Shown: positions 1 to 9,155 of the stretch, piece by piece
Layout of the letters: every line of letters starts with the position of its first letter
Numbering within the stretch: position 1 is the first letter of the stretch
IMG/VR virus record: IMGVR_UViG_3300042261_002385
Location: 372,266 to 436,265 of that record
DNA length: 64,000 nucleotides
Direction: 5' to 3' (one strand)
Position numbers and translations under genes: made by a program
Notes under the pieces: generated by a model
Databases searched by the model: none
What the model saw: only the letters and a program-made list of their open reading frames with translations
What the model was told of the DNA's origin: nothing

Positions 1-1
1 A

Positions 2-121
2 AGAGAAGATTTCGCTGACTGTTTGGCATTTGTAATTTTAGGATTTGAAGAAAAACTAAAAGGAGAAGGAGGCTTGAAAAAGCTTGAAATCATTAAGCAA
101 TTACTCAAAAAGATAGATTAA
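2..121 (+). CDS. 3' end of a CDS truncated by the window edge
   Basis: Open frame REDFADCLAFVILGFEEKLK...KKID ending TAA at 119-121. Confidence 0.5.
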   Translation, partial: REDFADCLAFVILGFEEKLKGEGGLKKLEIIKQLLKKID

Positions 122-176
122 TTTGAAATTTTAAGTGTTTTTTACTTTATATATAACTTAAAAATAAATTTAAGAT

Positions 177-1007
177 ATGTTATTAAAAGTAGGAAGTAAG
201 GGAGATGATGTAAAAAAACTCCAAACAAAATTAGGATTGACATCAGATGGTTCTTTCGGACCTGGAACTGAAAAAGCAGTTAAGGCTTGGCAAACAGCAA
301 ATGGACTAAAAGCGGATGGTATAGTAGGTGATGGAACCTGGTCTAAACTATTCGGAGAATCAGCTCCAGTAGCTGCAGCAAAACCAGCAGTTGTAATACC
401 ACCATCCGATTTCAAATTGGAAGCACTAAAAGGACATATTCCAGATGCGGTTATAGCTCAAATACCGGATACAGCAGCAAAATTTAATATCACAAATCCA
501 TTGAGATTGGCTCATTTTTTAGCACAATGTGGTCACGAAAGTGGTGGATTTAAAGCAGTTTCAGAAAATCTAAACTATTCAGCCAAAGGATTACTTGGAA
601 CTTTTCCAAAATACTTTAACGCTACAACAGCTGCTCAATATGAAAGAAAACCAGAAATGATTGCTTCAAGAGTTTATGGTGGAAGAATGGGCAACGGAGA
701 TGAATCTACAAAAGAAGGATTTAAGTTTAGAGGAAGAGGATATATTCAATTAACTGGAAAATCAAACTACACTAATTTTACGAAATTTATTGGAGAAGAT
801 TGTATTGCAAATCCAGATTTAATTGCTACAAAATATCCTTTAGCTTCAGCAGCTTTCTTCTTTGATTCAAATAAACTTTGGTCAATATGTGATTTAGGTT
901 CATCTGATGATGTTGTAACTAAAGTTACTAAGAGAGTTAATGGGGGAACTATTGGATTAGCTGATAGAATTAAACACTTTAAAGAATATTATGCTCTATT
1001 AAAATAA
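177..1007 (+). CDS. Endolysin: peptidoglycan-binding domain + glycoside hydrolase family 19
   Basis: PG_binding_1-like DGSFGPGT/DGIVGDGTW repeats; GH19 motifs AHFLAQCGHESGGF, FRGRGYIQLTG, VTKRVNGG. Confidence 0.92.
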   Translation: MLLKVGSKGDDVKKLQTKLGLTSDGSFGPGTEKAVKAWQTANGLKADGIVGDGTWSKLFGESAPVAAAKPAVVIPPSDFKLEALKGHIPDAVIAQIPDTAAKFNITNPLRLAHFLAQCGHESGGFKAVSENLNYSAKGLLGTFPKYFNATTAAQYERKPEMIASRVYGGRMGNGDESTKEGFKFRGRGYIQLTGKSNYTNFTKFIGEDCIANPDLIATKYPLASAAFFFDSNKLWSICDLGSSDDVVTKVTKRVNGGTIGLADRIKHFKEYYALLK

Positions 1008-1061
1008 AAATCAAAAAAATGATTTTAGAAAATAATATATAAAAAAAATAATTTTACTAAA

Positions 1062-1400
1062 ATGAAACATGTTAAAACTTTTGAAGGTTTCTTTTCAAGA
1101 TTATTCGGAGGAGACAAAATCGGAGACTGTGACAAAATGACTACTAATAGAGATGGTGATGGTATTGAAGGTATGGGTACTGATTATGTAATATTTGGTG
1201 GTAGAAAATTCGAAGAAGATGATATCGTTTATGCTGATGCAAAAGACCCAAAAAACAACGGATTTGAGAATAAATCAGGTATCTTACCAAGAATTGGTTA
1301 CAGAGAGAAAGATTCAAAAAACGACGGAAAACTTATTATCCCAGGTGGTGATATGTTGAAAAAATGGTTGAAATCTAGAGGACTCGGAAGTAGAATATAA
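1062..1400 (+). CDS. Hypothetical protein with N-terminal MKHVKTFE tag
   Basis: ORF; tag; AATATATA upstream. Confidence 0.75.
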   Translation: MKHVKTFEGFFSRLFGGDKIGDCDKMTTNRDGDGIEGMGTDYVIFGGRKFEEDDIVYADAKDPKNNGFENKSGILPRIGYREKDSKNDGKLIIPGGDMLKKWLKSRGLGSRI

Positions 1401-1405
1401 CTATT

Positions 1406-1435
1406 AAAAACCACTCAATATTGAGTGGTTTTTTT
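1406..1435. terminator. Bidirectional intrinsic terminator
   Basis: aaaaaccactcaat-attgagtggttttt inverted repeat between convergent genes. Confidence 0.85.
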
Positions 1436-2129
1436 AATTTAATACTTCTTCTAATTTTATTTCTCTAATTACAGATTTATAAATATCAGGACTAGTTGAA
1501 TTTAATATTTCTAAAACTTTTTTTCTATTAAAAAAACCTTTATAATATGTTTTTTTATTTTCAATGAAATCACCATACTCAGCAGTTAAGTTTATGAAAA
1601 GATTAGGTTTGATTCTTAGTATACATTTATAAAGTATACCACCAGTCTCATCATCATAAACACTTAATGTAAATGATTGCTCAAATTCAGAACCAACGTT
1701 AGAAAGCCCTGGTTTAAATCCTAATTTTTGAAACCAATCAATAACCAATTTATGTTTTGACCATCGACAAGTCATTTTAGTTTCAGTATCATAGTATGGA
1801 AATCTACTCGGCATTAATTCAAATTCCGACTCATCTGAAATATAATAATCATCTAATAGAATTTCATCTATATCAATATCTCTAGTTTCTTCTTTTGAGG
1901 TTGATAACTTTCGTTTAAATGTATTTGTTAAGTGTTTATCAAAAATGAATCTAGTCCTTCCATCTTGTGATAATCTTTCACACTCATCAATCAAAGATTT
2001 TGAAACTTCTGACTTAACAGATTCAACACTAAGTTCTTCAATAAAACCATCTGGTTTCTCATCTTCACTTATGACTGAGATTGTTCCATCTGGATTTTGC
2101 ATCACTTTCATACTTGTTATATTAAACAT
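1434..2129 (-). CDS. Hypothetical protein with C-terminal tag (REIKLEEVLN)
   Basis: 231-aa ORF; tag at C-terminus. Confidence 0.75.
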   Translation of the reverse strand: MFNITSMKVMQNPDGTISVISEDEKPDGFIEELSVESVKSEVSKSLIDECERLSQDGRTRFIFDKHLTNTFKRKLSTSKEETRDIDIDEILLDDYYISDESEFELMPSRFPYYDTETKMTCRWSKHKLVIDWFQKLGFKPGLSNVGSEFEQSFTLSVYDDETGGILYKCILRIKPNLFINLTAEYGDFIENKKTYYKGFFNRKKVLEILNSTSPDIYKSVIREIKLEEVLN

Positions 2130-2144
2130 TTAATATATAGTTTC

Positions 2145-2729
2145 ATGAAACATTTATCAACATTTAAACTATTTGAGAGATTAGATAATTCTACATTAGT
2201 TACAATAGACCAGTTACTTGAAAGAATTAGAATTCCAAATCATATGAGACCACAAATTATTAACTGGTGGAATCAAAATAGAAGTGAAATTAGAATTCAT
2301 TTTTTTAGATTTAATACTACAGAACCAATTGGTGGAATAATTATGGATGAAAATACTATAGTTTTGAACGATGACTTACAAACAAGACCAATGCCTCCTC
2401 ATATTAAATTATTTTTGGCACTTCACGAAAGTAGACACTGCGACCAACACAGAATGGGAAATTCAATAACACAATATTTTGATTCTGTCGTAAGAAACGA
2501 TAGACAATCATTTATGAGACATTATCAAGAATTAGAAAGTGATGCTAATGACTTTGCTATTTCATCTATGAGAGCTTGTGGTTTCGACAGACAAATGAAT
2601 TTTGAAGAAAGAATGCTTAGATCAAATGAAATGGCAGGAGATATGGTTTATCAAATGATGTCAGATGACATACAGAGATTGAATCCGGTTGATTTATTTG
2701 ACTTATTTAAAAAACAAATTGGAGTGTGA
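2145..2729 (+). CDS. HExxH metallopeptidase-like protein with N-terminal tag
   Basis: Start moved to ATG 2145 (MKHLSTFKLFE) behind taatatata; LHESRHCDQH plus downstream ELESDA. Confidence 0.6.
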   Translation: MKHLSTFKLFERLDNSTLVTIDQLLERIRIPNHMRPQIINWWNQNRSEIRIHFFRFNTTEPIGGIIMDENTIVLNDDLQTRPMPPHIKLFLALHESRHCDQHRMGNSITQYFDSVVRNDRQSFMRHYQELESDANDFAISSMRACGFDRQMNFEERMLRSNEMAGDMVYQMMSDDIQRLNPVDLFDLFKKQIGV

Positions 2730-3064
2730 AACATTTAAGAAAAATTTTTGAGTCAGCAGCAGAAGAAAATGAAATCAGAGAAGTTTGTATCTGGCTTCAA
2801 GACTTAGTTGATGATATTGAGATTACAGATAATGTTAGATGTTATGATATTAATATTCGTTGTTTTAGGAAGACTAATACATCTATTGGTGAGTTAGTTA
2901 AAAATTCAGAAAGACTTCAGGAAATAACAAAAGAATATGCTGACCTTTTATTAAGATTGGAGGATTTAGGATATAAAGTTTCTTATCATTTATTAGAAAA
3001 CAAACATCACCTTAACTTTTTTAGTATGACAGGTAAAATACAGATTAATAAAAAAGACCAATAA
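2726..3064 (+). CDS. Hypothetical N-tagged protein (paralogue family)
   Basis: GTG start, MKHLRKIFES. Confidence 0.7.
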   Translation: MKHLRKIFESAAEENEIREVCIWLQDLVDDIEITDNVRCYDINIRCFRKTNTSIGELVKNSERLQEITKEYADLLLRLEDLGYKVSYHLLENKHHLNFFSMTGKIQINKKDQ

Positions 3065-3069
3065 ATTCA

Positions 3070-3432
3070 GTGAAATACTTACAAACATATAAATTATTTG
3101 AATCATCTAATATAGAACAGGTAATAAAAAATATTTTACTTCCTATAAGTGATGGTCATTTTCAGTATGAGGTAAGTGTTGAAGAATATAGTTCTATTCC
3201 TCAGCTAGTCATAAGAGTTGTTTCATGGACCGATGAACCTCTACTGATAACGGATGGGATTAAAGAGGAATTTATGGGTATGAAAAATTATTTAGAATCC
3301 GAAGGTTATAATTATATTTTAGTAAAATACTGGAGACCTAACTCGGTCTCTAGTTCCAAACCATTTGATTATTTTATAAATAATTTTGAAGGAACTATAT
3401 CAAATCTACTATTTGTTGTTAAAAAAATATGA
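3070..3432 (+). CDS. Hypothetical N-tagged protein (paralogue family)
   Basis: MKYLQTYKLFES; IKNILLPISD...YLESEGY core. Confidence 0.72.
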   Translation: MKYLQTYKLFESSNIEQVIKNILLPISDGHFQYEVSVEEYSSIPQLVIRVVSWTDEPLLITDGIKEEFMGMKNYLESEGYNYILVKYWRPNSVSSSKPFDYFINNFEGTISNLLFVVKKI

Positions 3433-4058
3433 AACACTTACAAACATATAAACTATTTGAGTCAATTGAAAGTGAAATCAATTTTGATAAAATCGTTGAA
3501 GTCCTTTCAACTGAATGCTCAGAATTTTTAGATATTTTACAACAATTTAATATTGAAGGTGTTTTCAGAGGTCATAAAATTTGGGATGAAGGAAATATAA
3601 CTAAAGGATTTTGGAAGGTAACACCTTTTGAGAAAAGACTTCCAAGAGATACTAAAGCATCTATAAGTAAATTATTAGATGAAGAATTTGAAAAGAAATT
3701 TGGAATTCCTCTAAGAAGTAAAGGAATATTTGCAAGTAAAGATATATCAATTGCAGCAGATTACGGAAGACATAAAAACGAAGCCTTTTTATTTTTCCCT
3801 AAAAACGGATTTAGATATTTTTGGAATCCGGAAGTAGATGATCTTTTTACTCTTTTAAGAGACGATACCAGTTGGTATGATAAAGAGCCTGTCTTTTGGA
3901 AAACAATGGAATGGTTAGATTTTAAACAGATTGTAGGTGGATACAGAGAAGGTGGAATTCAATATGTAAAGTATCAAGAAATAACTTTTATTTGTGATGA
4001 ATATTATCTACTTGACTTAGATTACTATGACCAATTCTTAAATTACTTTATTAAATAA
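3429..4058 (+). CDS. N-tagged protein, possible ADP-ribosyltransferase fold
   Basis: MKHLQTYKLFES; FRG, IFAS...AADYG, QEI resemble the R-S-E ART pattern. Confidence 0.45.
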   Translation: MKHLQTYKLFESIESEINFDKIVEVLSTECSEFLDILQQFNIEGVFRGHKIWDEGNITKGFWKVTPFEKRLPRDTKASISKLLDEEFEKKFGIPLRSKGIFASKDISIAADYGRHKNEAFLFFPKNGFRYFWNPEVDDLFTLLRDDTSWYDKEPVFWKTMEWLDFKQIVGGYREGGIQYVKYQEITFICDEYYLLDLDYYDQFLNYFIK

Positions 4059-4089
4059 AACAAAATCCATAACTTTACATAAAAATTAA

Positions 4090-4395
4090 ATGATAAAGTT
4101 ATTTTCATACGGAACACTTATCGAAAAAGAAGTTCAACTTCGTGAATTTGGTCAAGAATTCAAAGTGGAATCAAATTTAGATGGTGTAAAAGATTTTACA
4201 ATTGATAAAATAGAAATTGAAGGAGAATACTATTATTGTGCCATCAGTAGACCAGAATCAATAATTCTGGGTCAAATTGTCCATATACCTGAAGAATTTA
4301 TGACTTTAGTCGATGATTATGAAGGTGAAGATTATAAAAGAGTAAGTGTCAAAACACTCTCTGATGTTGAATGTTTAATGTATGTAAAAAGATGA
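4090..4395 (+). CDS. Gamma-glutamylcyclotransferase (AIG2-like) family protein
   Basis: LFSYGTL motif and DDYEGEDYKRV C-terminus. Confidence 0.8.
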   Translation: MIKLFSYGTLIEKEVQLREFGQEFKVESNLDGVKDFTIDKIEIEGEYYYCAISRPESIILGQIVHIPEEFMTLVDDYEGEDYKRVSVKTLSDVECLMYVKR

Positions 4396-4745
4396 GCACC
4401 TTCGGAAAGAAATACTTAAATTATTGGCCTTATCGTTTTGATGAAATGATAACCGGTGATAGTTGTTTAAGATGGAATAAAACCGATAAAGATTTTCAAT
4501 TAGAAATACTTAAAAAATGGTATCCTATTGGAATGCGTGGAAAAGCCATTTTAGCTGGTAAAACGACAGGAGGTAACTTGTATGAGATTACCGGATATAT
4601 TGAGCATGTGTGGGGATGGAAATTAGATATTGATTATGTTGATAGTAATTTTAGAAAAGATGTGCATCCTATCAGATTTATTCCAGAAGAAGAAGATAGA
4701 CTTAGAATTTTAAGAGAGATTAGATTGGAAAAGTTATTAGACTAA
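4371..4745 (+). CDS. Hypothetical protein with C-terminal tag (REIRLEKLLD)
   Basis: ORF; tag. Confidence 0.7.
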   Translation: MFNVCKKMSTFGKKYLNYWPYRFDEMITGDSCLRWNKTDKDFQLEILKKWYPIGMRGKAILAGKTTGGNLYEITGYIEHVWGWKLDIDYVDSNFRKDVHPIRFIPEEEDRLRILREIRLEKLLD

Positions 4746-5099
4746 TCCATCTAAGTTTTTTCTACGTCTATAAATCTTTTTCGATTTTTCCTTTTCTTTT
4801 TCTATAAATTTTTCATCACTATACATATAATTGTTATAGTAAAGTAAAGTTCCATCTTCTTTATTTTCTTTTATACAATCATCACAGATTGCAATAATAA
4901 ACTGGTCACCATCATGTTTTGATCCGTAACCAGCATCAATAATCTGAATAATACCGTTATCAACCATTTCGTTGTTGATATTTAGAGTTGATCCATTTCT
5001 TTCCTTTTTAAAATAAAGCACATCTTCTTCAGTTTCAGAAAATCCACTTCGGTAGTTTTCTGGAATGACATTATTTTTTTTACAACAAATACAGTACAT
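4737..5099 (-). CDS. Hypothetical Cys-containing protein (CICC...CDDC), weak C-terminal tag
   Basis: ORF; possible Zn ligands; ends RRRKNLDGLV. Confidence 0.65.
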   Translation of the reverse strand: MYCICCKKNNVIPENYRSGFSETEEDVLYFKKERNGSTLNINNEMVDNGIIQIIDAGYGSKHDGDQFIIAICDDCIKENKEDGTLLYYNNYMYSDEKFIEKEKEKSKKIYRRRKNLDGLV

Positions 5100-5104
5100 A
5101 TTTT

Positions 5105-5347
5105 TTATTCTATGATAAATTTATCACAAGTCTCATAGTCTTCACTTTCAATTGCATCTAAATAATCCTCACAATTTTTTTTGATATCACCAGTAAAAGG
5201 TATAATATCAGAAAACTCTTCTCTCAAATCAATAGCTCTCTTTAACTTACCATCTAAGTCATTTGGTAAAGATGATGATATTTGTATATTCTCACGTTGT
5301 TTTATAATACAATCCAAATACCTTTTTTTGATAATTATTTTTCCCAT
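5105..5347 (-). CDS. Hypothetical protein
   Basis: ORF in minus-strand operon. Confidence 0.6.
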   Translation of the reverse strand: MGKIIIKKRYLDCIIKQRENIQISSSLPNDLDGKLKRAIDLREEFSDIIPFTGDIKKNCEDYLDAIESEDYETCDKFIIE

Positions 5348-5479
5348 TTAATTAAATATTCTTTCTATTTTTTCTTTTCTAAATGACTTTCTCAAAAGAA
5401 ATCTTTTACTTAAGTTATAAACTAAAGTTGATTGATAATACACATCAACACCACCTGAAATCACATTAATCTCTTTCAT
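5348..5479 (-). CDS. 43-aa ORF with C-terminal tag (RKEKIERIFN), absent from ORF track
   Basis: Manual translation MKEINVISGG...FRKEKIERIFN*. Confidence 0.6.
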   Translation of the reverse strand: MKEINVISGGVDVYYQSTLVYNLSKRFLLRKSFRKEKIERIFN

Positions 5480-5596
5480 AAATTCTTTTAATCTTGTTTT
5501 TTCTTATAAACCTTCTAAAGTATCTGCTAGCAGCACCTCTTTTAGGATTTAACTTCTGATACATTTTTTCTACAGCCTTTTCTACCCAACTTTCAC

Positions 5597-6202
5597 TCAT
5601 TTCTCACACACCTTTCTAAAATCAGATAATATACTATTTCTTAATTCTCTAAACTCTAAGTCTAATTCATTCCAAGTCCAATCTTTAGACACTAATTTAT
5701 CCCAGATATAGTTAGCCATCTCAAAGTCATAAATGGATCCAGTAGTTGCAACCTGAGTTGCAAAAATTGGAATTCTAAGTGAATGAAAAATAGATTTTAT
5801 TCCAGTGTGATAGTCTCCTATTTCTAATTTCTTTTTGCACTTCACCCAGCTATTTGAACTTACATGAGAAGTCGCGTGTCTAAGTTTAGGAAAATCTATA
5901 TCTAAATTGTATGGGATATTTTCTTGAATCTTAGCCCAGGTTGGGGCAAAAATACACTCTAAGTTATTTATTCTATGCCACTCTAAATCTTCCTTAAACT
6001 TATCTGGAGTATAGATATGAATGTTATACTTCTCTAATTTCAACTCAATTGCTTCTACTGAATTGTTTGCTACCATTATGATATCCCAATCAGAATTTCC
6101 TGTATGAGTATTGTAAATTCTACTTCCGAAGATATAGATGTTATGCACCCGCTTTGGATGAAGTCCTGAATGAAGTATTATATCTTGTGCAGTTGGTATC
6201 AT
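5597..6202 (-). CDS. Nucleotidyltransferase (DNA pol beta superfamily)
   Basis: IYIFGSRIY...NSDWDII (hGS...DxD). Confidence 0.8.
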   Translation of the reverse strand: MIPTAQDIILHSGLHPKRVHNIYIFGSRIYNTHTGNSDWDIIMVANNSVEAIELKLEKYNIHIYTPDKFKEDLEWHRINNLECIFAPTWAKIQENIPYNLDIDFPKLRHATSHVSSNSWVKCKKKLEIGDYHTGIKSIFHSLRIPIFATQVATTGSIYDFEMANYIWDKLVSKDWTWNELDLEFRELRNSILSDFRKVCEK

Positions 6203-6209
6203 AATTTAT

Positions 6210-6217
6210 CAAATATA
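6210..6217 (-). promoter_or_regulatory. Bacteroidota -7 promoter element TATATTTG
   Basis: caaatata on + strand, just upstream of the 6202 operon. Confidence 0.6.
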
Positions 6218-6260
6218 ATAATTTAATTTAATATATACTACAATAAAAAAAGATAAGATT

Positions 6261-6662
6261 ATGAAACACTTAAAATTATTTGAAGATTATAAATATAAGG
6301 GCAACATCCGAGTTAAATTACTCGGAAACAATGATTTGTGGTATGCTAGTAATAATGAATTTGAAATATCAAATATTAAATATACCATTCTCAGTCATAA
6401 TAGTAGCAAACAAGTAATTTATGTTGCTACACTCAATAATGCTGATGATTGTCAAGAAATTCAAATCTCTACGTTGAAGTATCACTACTTTGAGGGTGAT
6501 TTAGTGATGTATTCTGAAGTAGGTTCTCATTTATGGGACAAAGAAATAGAATTATTCAAAAATTTGGGCGGTCAGTTTGGTTATTTAAACTTTTGTAAAT
6601 TAGATAGTGGAACTGAAGTTGGTAAAACAGACCATAGGAAATGGTTTGAAATAGTAGGTTAG
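6261..6662 (+). CDS. Hypothetical N-tagged protein
   Basis: MKHLKLFED; C-terminus EVGKTDHRKWFE resembles that of 8305. Confidence 0.75.
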   Translation: MKHLKLFEDYKYKGNIRVKLLGNNDLWYASNNEFEISNIKYTILSHNSSKQVIYVATLNNADDCQEIQISTLKYHYFEGDLVMYSEVGSHLWDKEIELFKNLGGQFGYLNFCKLDSGTEVGKTDHRKWFEIVG

Positions 6663-6712
6663 ATGTAGAACTGAAGTTAGTAAAACAGAGCATAGGAAAT
6701 GGTTTGAAATAG
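6610..6712 (+). repeat. Two 45-bp direct repeats (2 mismatches, 58-bp period)
   Basis: gaactgaagtt[g/a]gtaaaacaga[c/g]cataggaaatggtttgaaatag at 6610-6654 and 6668-6712. Confidence 0.9.
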
Positions 6713-6739
6713 ATATAATAAGAAAAAAAGATTAGTATC

Positions 6740-6982
6740 ATGAAACACTTAAATAAATTTAATGAAGGTTGGTTTTCTAAAGATGAAGAAAATGAACCAG
6801 TAGATGCGGTAAATAGTAAAATTGAAGATGCTGCTTATAGTTTAGGATCATTTGGTACTATGACTAAGCAAGCCGCTTTTATAAACGGTGCTAAATGGGC
6901 TATTCATAATTTAACAGATGACGAGATTAAATTACTCAGAGAGAATACTGATAAAGACGACCATAGTTTCTTTGGTTTATAA
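6740..6982 (+). CDS. Hypothetical N-tagged protein
   Basis: MKHLNKFNEG. Confidence 0.7.
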   Translation: MKHLNKFNEGWFSKDEENEPVDAVNSKIEDAAYSLGSFGTMTKQAAFINGAKWAIHNLTDDEIKLLRENTDKDDHSFFGL

Positions 6983-7017
6983 TAATTTAATTTAATATAA
7001 TAGAGAAAAATAGGATT

Positions 7018-7623
7018 ATGAAATACTTAAAATTATTTGAAGAATTCAAGATTGATTCAGAGCGAAGTTATAACATCGGGGATACTATTAGTGGTGTTCC
7101 AGGTAGCGATACATCTATAGTTGTTCGAATTGATGAAAGGGGAAAACCTATATCTGTTATGGCGAGATTGGATGTTCATCCTCTCTTTACTCAAAGAGAT
7201 ATAAAAGAACTTTATGATCTTTCTGATGCAAAGAGCATTGGTGAAATATTAAGGCTACCGGAAAATAAATTCTCAGGAAATTCCGGGTGGAGAATTCCTC
7301 TTTTGAGTGAGGTAGATATCATGAGAAAGATGTATAAAGGTCAAATAAGTCAAAATTGGAACTTTACACGACTTGAAGAGCCTCTTTATCTATATTCTAA
7401 TCATGAGTGTAGAGAATTTTGGGAAATGGATCCAAATACTCGACTAACATATCAACTAAAAAATAAAGATAAACTAGGACTTTTAGATTTTGCAGGAGGT
7501 GGATTAGATAAATTAGGAACCATCACAAAGCAGTTTAATATTAGACTTGTATATGACCTTTATAATTATAAATATTCAGATACTCTGAAAGATTTTGTTA
7601 AAACACCAAGATTTGATAGTTAA
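7018..7623 (+). CDS. N-tagged protein with DUF1566/Lcl-like WRxP motif
   Basis: MKYLKLFEEF; SGWRIPLLSEV. Confidence 0.5.
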   Translation: MKYLKLFEEFKIDSERSYNIGDTISGVPGSDTSIVVRIDERGKPISVMARLDVHPLFTQRDIKELYDLSDAKSIGEILRLPENKFSGNSGWRIPLLSEVDIMRKMYKGQISQNWNFTRLEEPLYLYSNHECREFWEMDPNTRLTYQLKNKDKLGLLDFAGGGLDKLGTITKQFNIRLVYDLYNYKYSDTLKDFVKTPRFDS

Positions 7624-7690
7624 AAAAAAGACATTTTTAAATTTTATTATTAAATTATAATATAGAGAAAAAATAGAGAAAAATAGGATT

Positions 7691-8282
7691 ATGAAATATA
7701 TTAAATTATTTGAAGAATGGAGTCCTAATTTAGAGTATGATGAATCCCAGAAAGAGGAGTTGAAAATAAATTACGAAAAATACGTAATGTCCAGAGATTA
7801 TATTCCTAATATGATTAGAGATTTAATTAAGAAACATTTGTCTGAAAAATGGCATCCAACTCCCACACTAGATATTGTGGAAGTTAAGTGGGAACCAGAA
7901 CCTTTCAAAGATCTTGCGAAACAAAAGGGTATTGTCAGGAAAAAAGAATTTAATGATGTTACTTATGCAGGAAAACTTACTCTAAAATCTGATTTTGCAA
8001 ATACCCCAATTAGTTATAGCACAGGTGGTAACCCAATTTGTTGGTGGTGATTATAGAGCGATGTTAGGAGAGAGATTTGATTTAATCTTAGCCGAAGCGA
8101 CTAAATTACTTGATAATGTGTTGGATTTACCATATAAAGGCGAAATGGATGATAGTAGCCATGGACCAATTTCTTTCAGACAAGTTGATAATACCTATAC
8201 ACTCAAACAAGAATTTGACAGACCACATGAATATAAGGCAATTTTCGGTTTAATACTTGATAAGGTTTATTTAGAAATATAA
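7691..8282 (+). CDS. N-tagged protein, apparently split by a 1-nt frameshift near 8036 (ORFs 7691-8050 and 7995-8282)
   Basis: MKYIKLFEEW; removing one base in ccaattt gives a continuous ...GGNPFVGGDYRAMLGERF... reading. Confidence 0.5.
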
Positions 8283-8304
8283 AAAATAAAAAAAAGATAA
8301 GATT

Positions 8305-8856
8305 ATGAAACACTTAAAATTATTTGAAGACTTCAATGAGTATGATTTTGACGGTGCTAAAAACAATCCTGATAGAATTGTGGTCAAATTTGCGCCAGGT
8401 GGGTATAATAAATTTTGGGATCAATATGTAAAATCAACCGGTGATTATTATAGAGGATTAGGTGAGAATTGGACTTACTTTGGTAGTTGGGAAGACTTAG
8501 AAGAAAAATTTTCTAGTAAGGGATTAAAAATGAGAGATGGTGAATATTATCTTTTATATAAGAACTATGATCCAAAGGATATTAAAGATTGGTACTCTAA
8601 GGGGAAACCTGAAGGTAAATTAGCAGCGACATTCTATTTTCTAAAATATAGCAAAGAAGCTGGAGAAATATACATAGTCTCTGTATATGGAACTGAATAT
8701 CAATATGTAGAAGCGAACAAAGAATATACAACTGATAAACTTGAAGGATATCCACAATCTACTTATTGTCGTTTTGATAAAGGTGATGTAGCTAGATTGG
8801 TTGAGGTAGGTTCTATCGATCATAGAGGTTATTTTGAGGTCGCATCAGTATCATAA
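8305..8856 (+). CDS. Hypothetical N-tagged protein
   Basis: MKHLKLFEDF. Confidence 0.75.
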   Translation: MKHLKLFEDFNEYDFDGAKNNPDRIVVKFAPGGYNKFWDQYVKSTGDYYRGLGENWTYFGSWEDLEEKFSSKGLKMRDGEYYLLYKNYDPKDIKDWYSKGKPEGKLAATFYFLKYSKEAGEIYIVSVYGTEYQYVEANKEYTTDKLEGYPQSTYCRFDKGDVARLVEVGSIDHRGYFEVASVS

Positions 8857-8871
8857 ATAAGATTAAAACTA

Positions 8872-9123
8872 TTATAATAACTGACTTAATTTTAACTCTC
8901 TAATTATAGGAGTTAGTAAAATTCTTTGGTCATCCGGGAGTCCAATTAAACAACTTTGTAGTAAAACCGTAAAGTGTGAAACCTGGACTTCATCTTCATA
9001 GATATAAGCATTTGATAATTCTCTTTCAATTTCTCTTAAGTTTGAGGCAAGTTCATACATCTGCTTGTCAATTGCAGTATGTTTAATGTCTTTAATAGCT
9101 GATATAACTAAACCTGCTTTCAT
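8872..9123 (-). CDS. Hypothetical protein with C-terminal tag (RELKLSQLL)
   Basis: ORF; tag. Confidence 0.7.
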   Translation of the reverse strand: MKAGLVISAIKDIKHTAIDKQMYELASNLREIERELSNAYIYEDEVQVSHFTVLLQSCLIGLPDDQRILLTPIIRELKLSQLL

Positions 9124-9155
9124 AAAATAATATATAAAAAAAATTAATATATGTT

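Noticed and set aside
170-415. Minus-strand 81-aa ORF and similar shadow ORFs (1945-2133, 9403-9627, 15764-16015, 18514-18897, 23880-24074, 26592-27125, 37990-38211, 53744-55424, 63719-63919)
   Set aside because: They overlap well-supported genes on the other strand or frame and show antisense-type composition
6610-6712. CRISPR array
   Set aside because: Only two copies, 13-nt gap, first copy is coding, no cas genes
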